Of a stretch of 32,000 bases of DNA, positions 27,186 through 32,000 are shown piece by piece. The position numbers and the translations under genes were made by a program. This DNA is from Dubosiella newyorkensis. Lineage in GTDB: Bacteria; Bacillota_I; Bacilli_A; Erysipelotrichales; Erysipelotrichaceae. The stretch lies in NCBI RefSeq assembly GCF_001945605.1, contig NZ_MPKA01000058.1, positions 1-32,000 on the forward strand, in the 5' to 3' direction. The notes under the pieces were generated by a model, which searched no databases, was not told where the DNA came from, and was given only the letters and a program-made list of their open reading frames with translations. Numbering within the stretch: the stretch's first letter is position 1; every line of letters starts with the position of its first letter.

Positions 27186-28125
27186 GAGCGCACTATGTAT
27201 CCGGATGTTGATGTATTTGGCGAGCCATTCTCGTGTTAAGATCGATGAATTGGCCGATTTTCTTGATACAAAACCTCGAAATATCCGCGCTTTTAAAGAG
27301 GAACTGGAAACCGCGGGCTATCAAATCGAACACAAAACGGGAAGATATGGTGGATATTCCTTAAAAGAATCGACATTTCTTCCTTCGCTTGCCCTCAGTG
27401 TCGAAGAAAGGAAAGCTCTTGAACAAGCGGAACGGTTTTTAAAAGCGCATCCAGAATTCGCGTACGGAAAAGAGTATACGAACGCTTTTATCAAGATCGC
27501 GAATCAAGACCGGATCGATTCGCAACAGAACTCGTTTTACAAATCGGATCATCGCCTTCCTCTTTCTCTTTTTCAGCAAACGCATGTCAAGATCATCGAG
27601 GAAGCGATCGAACAAAAGAAACTCGTCGAGATCGTTTATCAAGGACGGAAAGATTCGTTTCCTAAAACGAGAACGATCGAACCTTACGCGCTGATCAATC
27701 AGCGGGAAAAGAATTATGTGCTGGCTTATGATCGGGAAAAGGACGATTATCGTTATTTCCGCTTTTCAGATAAAAGGTGGCTTTCATGTGCTTTGCTTGC
27801 GACTCATTTTTTAGCTAGGGATGACGTTCCTTATCATAAAGAGGTGGGCGAAGAAGAAGAGGCTCTTGTCACGCTAGCGATCAATCGCGATTCGATCCGC
27901 TTTTTTTTAGAAGAATATTGGGGAGAAGAGATGCAGATCGTCCAAGAGACGCCGTCTCAATTGTTTTATTCTTTTAAAACCCCAAGCACGCGTCAGCTTT
28001 TGAACCGAATCTTTGCGATGCGAGGAAGCGTTCATCTTGTGGCTCCAAAAGAGCTTGTCGATTCCTTTCGTGCTCAGCTCAAAGAGCTTCTATGCTATAA
28101 TAATAAGAACGATCAAATAAAGTAG
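27178..28125 (+). CDS. WYL-domain transcriptional regulator (N-terminal HTH, central WYL, C-terminal extension; YafY/CapW/BrxR/PafBC-like architecture)
   Basis: HTH LMYLASHSRVKIDELADFLDTKPRNIRAFKEELETAGYQI. WYL domain LVEIVYQGRKDSFPKTRTIEPYALINQREKNYVLAYDREKDDYRYFRFS. The start overlaps the AI-2E stop by 8 nt. Confidence 0.85.
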   Translation: MNRSALCIRMLMYLASHSRVKIDELADFLDTKPRNIRAFKEELETAGYQIEHKTGRYGGYSLKESTFLPSLALSVEERKALEQAERFLKAHPEFAYGKEYTNAFIKIANQDRIDSQQNSFYKSDHRLPLSLFQQTHVKIIEEAIEQKKLVEIVYQGRKDSFPKTRTIEPYALINQREKNYVLAYDREKDDYRYFRFSDKRWLSCALLATHFLARDDVPYHKEVGEEEEALVTLAINRDSIRFFLEEYWGEEMQIVQETPSQLFYSFKTPSTRQLLNRIFAMRGSVHLVAPKELVDSFRAQLKELLCYNNKNDQIK

Positions 28126-28134
28126 GTGATATCT

Positions 28135-29631
28135 ATGCTGCATGTCAGCGACTTGATCCACGCAAAACGTTGTGAACGTTTTGCTTATAATTGTCGATAC
28201 GAAAAAATCGAACATGAACCTTTTTATCATCTTAAAACGCCGTATTCCCACTTATGGAGCGCTTATTTAAATATAGAGGATGTTGGTTCGGGAAAGGTAG
28301 GAGATTCGAATGAGAAGACTTTTCAACTTCTTGCCAAGCATAAAGTCCTCAAGAACGCCCGGTTCTCCTACAAAGAACTAAGAACGAAGATCCCTGTCTT
28401 GATCCAAGAAGAAGATGGAATTGTTTTGATCTATCCTTTTTTAAGCGCGAATCCAAAAGAGAGCGAAGCACTCAGGATCAAGATCGATACGCTTATTTTA
28501 GAAGAAGCGGGTTTGAAGATCAAAGCGATCAAAGCGTTATCCTTGAATAAAGAGTATTGCCGGAAGGATGCGCTCGATCTGAATGAACTCTTTGTTTTGA
28601 GCGATCATTTATTCAATCGGCGCAACAAGCCAAGCAAGCCGATCTTAGAGCTTATCGATCAGATCGAAGTCGATCTAGATCTTGAGATCGACCTTCTTGA
28701 CACGCTTTTTTCCTCTTCGGCGCCTAGCGTCGTTCATTCGCGCATCTGCACCCAAGGAAGAAAGTGCTCGTATTATGATTTATGCTTTCAAGAAGAAGAA
28801 AAGGAGCCGAACGATTCGATCTTGTTTTTGTCGACTTCGCAAAACAAGCTAGAGGCTTATGAAAGGGGAGTCACGCAAATCAAGGAGCTCGACCCTTCCT
28901 TGCTGGAGGGCTTTCCTCTTCAATACGCTCAATATATGGCTTCGAAAATGAATCGGACGTTCATCGATGGATTGGCGCTGCAAACATGGTTGTCGAAGAT
29001 CGAGTATCCGATTTCGTATCTAGATTTTGAATGGGACACTTTTCCGATCCCTCCTTACCAAAATATGCATCCTTTCGATGTCTTGTGTTTTCAATATTCT
29101 TTGCATATTGAAAGAAAAAACGGAACGTTAGGACATGTTGATTTTTTTGGAACAGGAGATTGCCGCAAAGATTTTATCGAATCGTTGATCGAAAATGTTC
29201 CAAAAGAAGGAACGATTTTAGTCTACAATATGGATGGTGCTGAGAAGCTGCGACTGATCCAGTTGAGCGAACAATTTCCTGAGTACGAAAAGGATCTGAT
29301 GGCGATCTGCGAGCGGATGATCGATCTGAGCAAGCCTTTTGAGCAAGGGATCTACTACGACAGCCGCATGCGTGGACATTATTCTTTGAAAAATTTGCTT
29401 CCTGTTTTTCGTGCTGATTATACGTATGAGGATCTCGATATTCAAAACGGGATGAGCGCTGTATATGCGTATCGAAATTATGAAAAAAGCAGCGCGAGCG
29501 AACAGGCGGATATCCAACATGCGATCCGGGTCTATTGTATGATGGACACTTATGCTGAATATGTCATTTTTCATGGCCTGCAGCATCAACTTGAACAATA
29601 TCAAAAACAAATCATGAAAAGCGAGGATTGA
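28135..29631 (+). CDS. DUF2779-family protein: N-terminal Cas4/RecB-like region with 1+3 Cys cluster, C-terminal RNase-H-like (3'-5' exonuclease fold) region
   Basis: C-terminal YLDFEWDTFPIPPY...FQYSLH...LVYNMDGAEKLRL...MIDL...GHYSLKNLLPV...YCMMDTYAEY matches my memory of the DUF2779 consensus. N-terminal KRCERF plus ICTQGRKCSYYDLC. ATG at 28135 with GGTGA RBS; an alternative GTG at 28126 abuts the WYL stop. Confidence 0.75.
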   Translation: MLHVSDLIHAKRCERFAYNCRYEKIEHEPFYHLKTPYSHLWSAYLNIEDVGSGKVGDSNEKTFQLLAKHKVLKNARFSYKELRTKIPVLIQEEDGIVLIYPFLSANPKESEALRIKIDTLILEEAGLKIKAIKALSLNKEYCRKDALDLNELFVLSDHLFNRRNKPSKPILELIDQIEVDLDLEIDLLDTLFSSSAPSVVHSRICTQGRKCSYYDLCFQEEEKEPNDSILFLSTSQNKLEAYERGVTQIKELDPSLLEGFPLQYAQYMASKMNRTFIDGLALQTWLSKIEYPISYLDFEWDTFPIPPYQNMHPFDVLCFQYSLHIERKNGTLGHVDFFGTGDCRKDFIESLIENVPKEGTILVYNMDGAEKLRLIQLSEQFPEYEKDLMAICERMIDLSKPFEQGIYYDSRMRGHYSLKNLLPVFRADYTYEDLDIQNGMSAVYAYRNYEKSSASEQADIQHAIRVYCMMDTYAEYVIFHGLQHQLEQYQKQIMKSED

Positions 29632-29633
29632 TC

Positions 29634-30611
29634 ATGCCAAATATTATTACGCATTCTTTATTTGCTCAGGAGCTATTAAATAGCTTGGACGCAAAATGGC
29701 TGAATGAGCGAGAGCATCTTTACACGATCGGAAGCAATGGTCCCGATTTTCTCTTTTTTTCTGGTCTTGAGCCAAAAGCTTTATTCTCGAACCGTGAGCA
29801 GGAAAATGTGCTCCGAGCGATCGGAGGCAAGCTTCATAAAGGAAATGTCAACGCCTTTTATGCAAGCGCTCTCGATTCGATCTCGAAAGAAAGCGATCCA
29901 AGCATCAAGCTCGATATGATGGCTTATGTTTGTGGTCATTTATGTCATTGGGCATTGGATTCGACAGTACATCCTTATGTTTATTACCGAACAGGGAAAG
30001 GACATCTTCAAAACAATTTCAACCACCACCGCATGGAATCGGTGCTGGATTCGATCATATTGAAAGTCAAGAAAAACACCACGATCAAGGATTTTTATAC
30101 GCCTGCGATCGCGAATTGTTCCTTGTCAGAATCTAGAGCGATCGCTAGAGTCTATATTCCTGCGATCACCTCGATCTTCAATACAAAAATCGAACCCCAT
30201 ATGATCAAAGAAACACTCGACAATTGGCATTTTATTCAAAAGGCGGAATATGATCCTAGCGGCCATAAGTTGAGTTCACTGAAAAAGATAGAAAAGGGGC
30301 TTCGGAAAAAGAATATGGCTAGTGGTCTGATCGTTCCAAATGTTCCGGAAGATAATTATGATGTGTGCAATCTGCTGCATAGAGCTTGGAGTCATCCTTG
30401 CGATGCTTCTTTAGTTTATACAAAATCTTTTTTTGATTTGTATGAGGAAGCGATGAAGAAAGCTTTGGATGCGATCGCTCTCTTTCTAAAAGCGGTGCAA
30501 GATCCGAAAAACAAAGAGGAGTTTTTAGAGTTTTTAGGGGATCGCAACTATAATACAGGAATAAAGAATCCACCAGAAATGAAAAATTTCGATGTATGCG
30601 ATTTCTTTTAG
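29634..30611 (+). CDS. Zinc-dependent phospholipase C / P1-nuclease-superfamily protein, cytoplasmic (no signal peptide)
   Basis: N-terminal IITHSLFAQ and GSNGPDF. HWALDSTVHP compares with HYFGDIDTPYHP of C. perfringens alpha-toxin, and HHRMES with HSKYEN. ATG at 29634 with RBS gagga; the ORF overlaps the DUF2779 stop. Confidence 0.65.
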   Translation: MPNIITHSLFAQELLNSLDAKWLNEREHLYTIGSNGPDFLFFSGLEPKALFSNREQENVLRAIGGKLHKGNVNAFYASALDSISKESDPSIKLDMMAYVCGHLCHWALDSTVHPYVYYRTGKGHLQNNFNHHRMESVLDSIILKVKKNTTIKDFYTPAIANCSLSESRAIARVYIPAITSIFNTKIEPHMIKETLDNWHFIQKAEYDPSGHKLSSLKKIEKGLRKKNMASGLIVPNVPEDNYDVCNLLHRAWSHPCDASLVYTKSFFDLYEEAMKKALDAIALFLKAVQDPKNKEEFLEFLGDRNYNTGIKNPPEMKNFDVCDFF

Positions 30612-30633
30612 AGCGTGTAAACGCTCTTTTTTT
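30610..30633 (+). terminator. Rho-independent terminator ending the AI-2E/WYL/DUF2779/PLC-like operon
   Basis: AGAGCG-UGUAAA-CGCUCU followed by U6, overlapping the stop codon. Confidence 0.8.
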
Positions 30634-30710
30634 CTTGAAACTTTTACTATAGACCGATGAAACAATTTTCAGTATAATGATTTGGTAACACAAAAAAGAG
30701 AGGTGACTTG

Positions 30711-31550
30711 ATGTATACAATTTTAAAAAAAGAGATCTTGAATCCTACAGTCACAAAAATGGTGATTCAAGCTCCCAATGTCGCTAAAAGAGCGAAAGCA
30801 GGCCAATTCATCATTCTTCGTGTCGATGAGCAAGGGGAAAGGATCCCTCTTACGATCGCGGATGCCGATCCTGAAACTGGAGAAGTGAGTATCATTTACC
30901 AAATCGTTGGAAAAACGACGATGGCTTTAAATCAAAAACAAGAAGGCGAAGCTCTTCAAGATTTTGTAGGACCACTTGGTCAGCCTAGCGAGATCGAAGG
31001 CGAGAGAGTTTGTGTGATTGGTGGCGGAGTCGGATGTGCCATTGCCTATCCGACCGCGAAAGCGTTCCATCATGCGGGCAGTGAAGTGAGCACGATCGTC
31101 GGTTTTAGAAACCAAGATCTCGTGATCTTGGAAGACGAGTTCAAAGAAGTATCCGATCACTATTATTTAATGTCGGATGATGGAAGTGTTGGGGAAAAAG
31201 GTCTTGTGACCAACAAGCTGGAAGAGTTGATCCAAAATGGGGTTCAATTTGACAAAGTGATCGCGATCGGTCCTGTGATCATGATGAAGTTTGTTTGCGA
31301 AGTCACAAAAAAGTACAACATTCCTACCGTTGTTTCAATGAATCCGATCATGATCGATGGAACAGGCATGTGCGGAGGCTGTCGCTTGAAGGTAGGCGAT
31401 GAAATCAAGTTCGCTTGTGTCGATGGTCCTGATTTTGATGGTCATCTTGTTGATTTTGACGAAGCGATGTCTCGGAATCGCGCGTATGCCTCTTTCGAGA
31501 AGCATGAACGTGATGAATTTTGTAATCTTTTGAATCAGGAGGTTCATTAA
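30711..31550 (+). CDS. nfnA: Sulfide/dihydroorotate-dehydrogenase-like FAD/NAD-binding protein (NfnA-type ferredoxin-NADP oxidoreductase subunit)
   Basis: 279 aa from the ATG at 30711. FAD motif RIPLTIAD, NAD motif VIGGGVGCA, C-terminal 2Fe-2S Cys cluster GMCGGCRL...FACVDGP. Confidence 0.8.
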   Translation: MYTILKKEILNPTVTKMVIQAPNVAKRAKAGQFIILRVDEQGERIPLTIADADPETGEVSIIYQIVGKTTMALNQKQEGEALQDFVGPLGQPSEIEGERVCVIGGGVGCAIAYPTAKAFHHAGSEVSTIVGFRNQDLVILEDEFKEVSDHYYLMSDDGSVGEKGLVTNKLEELIQNGVQFDKVIAIGPVIMMKFVCEVTKKYNIPTVVSMNPIMIDGTGMCGGCRLKVGDEIKFACVDGPDFDGHLVDFDEAMSRNRAYASFEKHERDEFCNLLNQEVH

Positions 31551-31551
31551 T

Positions 31552-32000
31552 ATGCCAAATATGTCTCCAAAAAAAGTCGAGATGCCCGTTCAAGAACCAG
31601 AGGTGCGGATCCAGAACTTCGAAGAAGTCGCGATCGGGTATACACCAGAAATGGCGAAAGAAGAAGCAGAACGCTGTCTTCATTGCGCTCACAAGCCATG
31701 TGTGCAAGGATGTCCGGTCAATGTCAATATTCCTGATTTCATCCAACAAGTCAAAGAAGGGGATCTTGAGGAAGCGTATCGTATTATCTCCTTAACTTCT
31801 TCTTTGCCTGCGGTTTGCGGACGTGTATGTCCTCAAGAGAGCCAATGTGAAAAATATTGTGTTCGGGGCATCAAGACAGAAGCGGTCGCGATCGGACGTT
31901 TAGAGCGCTTCGTGGCGGATACGCATCGAAAAGAAAATGACGCGCCTTTAGAGCGTCCTATTTCCAATGGTCATAAGGTCGCTGTCGTAGGTGCTGGGCC
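31552..32000 (+). CDS. nfnB: GltD-like NADPH-dependent oxidoreductase (NfnB-type), N-terminal part, runs off the window
   Basis: My hand translation from the ATG at 31552 gives MPNMSPKKVEMPVQEPEVRIQNFEEV...CLHCAHKPCVQGCPVNVNIPDF...CGRVCPQESQCEKYC...HKVAVVGAGP. It starts 1 nt after the nfnA stop. Confidence 0.85.
   Translation, partial: MPNMSPKKVEMPVQEPEVRIQNFEEVAIGYTPEMAKEEAERCLHCAHKPCVQGCPVNVNIPDFIQQVKEGDLEEAYRIISLTSSLPAVCGRVCPQESQCEKYCVRGIKTEAVAIGRLERFVADTHRKENDAPLERPISNGHKVAVVGAG

Overview
Chromosomal window from a low-GC Gram-positive (Bacillota-like) genome, judged from AGGAGG-type RBSs, lipobox lipoproteins and rho-independent terminators. I cannot assign a taxon from the sequence alone. 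About 25 real genes are present, and most short ORFs in the track are antisense shadows. The core (5.8-17.5 kb, plus 22.1-25.9 and 30.7-32.0 kb) is a dense nitrogen-assimilation cluster. One minus-strand unit carries type III glutamine synthetase (glnN), asnB, and the GOGAT large and small subunits, driven by a near-consensus promoter and a leader terminator. Divergent from it is a degenerate GS-I-like gene translationally linked to a pseudo-receiver/ANTAR antiterminator and ybaK. A second glnN paralog sits 23 nt downstream of pyrG, and nfnAB-like genes run off the right edge. The left part has the end of an IS3-family element, a cyclophilin lipoprotein, a GH1 6-phospho-beta-glucosidase and a RidA-family gene. 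This is followed by a compositionally foreign AraC/GyrI-like regulator bracketed by a duplicated ridA 3' end, then an orphan 444-aa MazF-like fusion protein. The most interesting candidate system is a tightly coupled operon at 26.0-30.6 kb. It encodes an AI-2E permease, a WYL-domain regulator, a DUF2779 protein (Cas4-like Cys cluster plus RNase-H-like exonuclease region) and a cytoplasmic Zn-phospholipase-C/P1-nuclease-fold protein. A window-wide signal is strong over-representation of GATC (often CGATCG), which drops to background in the AraC island and the IS fragment. I saw no rRNA, tRNA or CRISPR array. All domain calls come from by-eye motif recognition and need HMM or BLAST confirmation.
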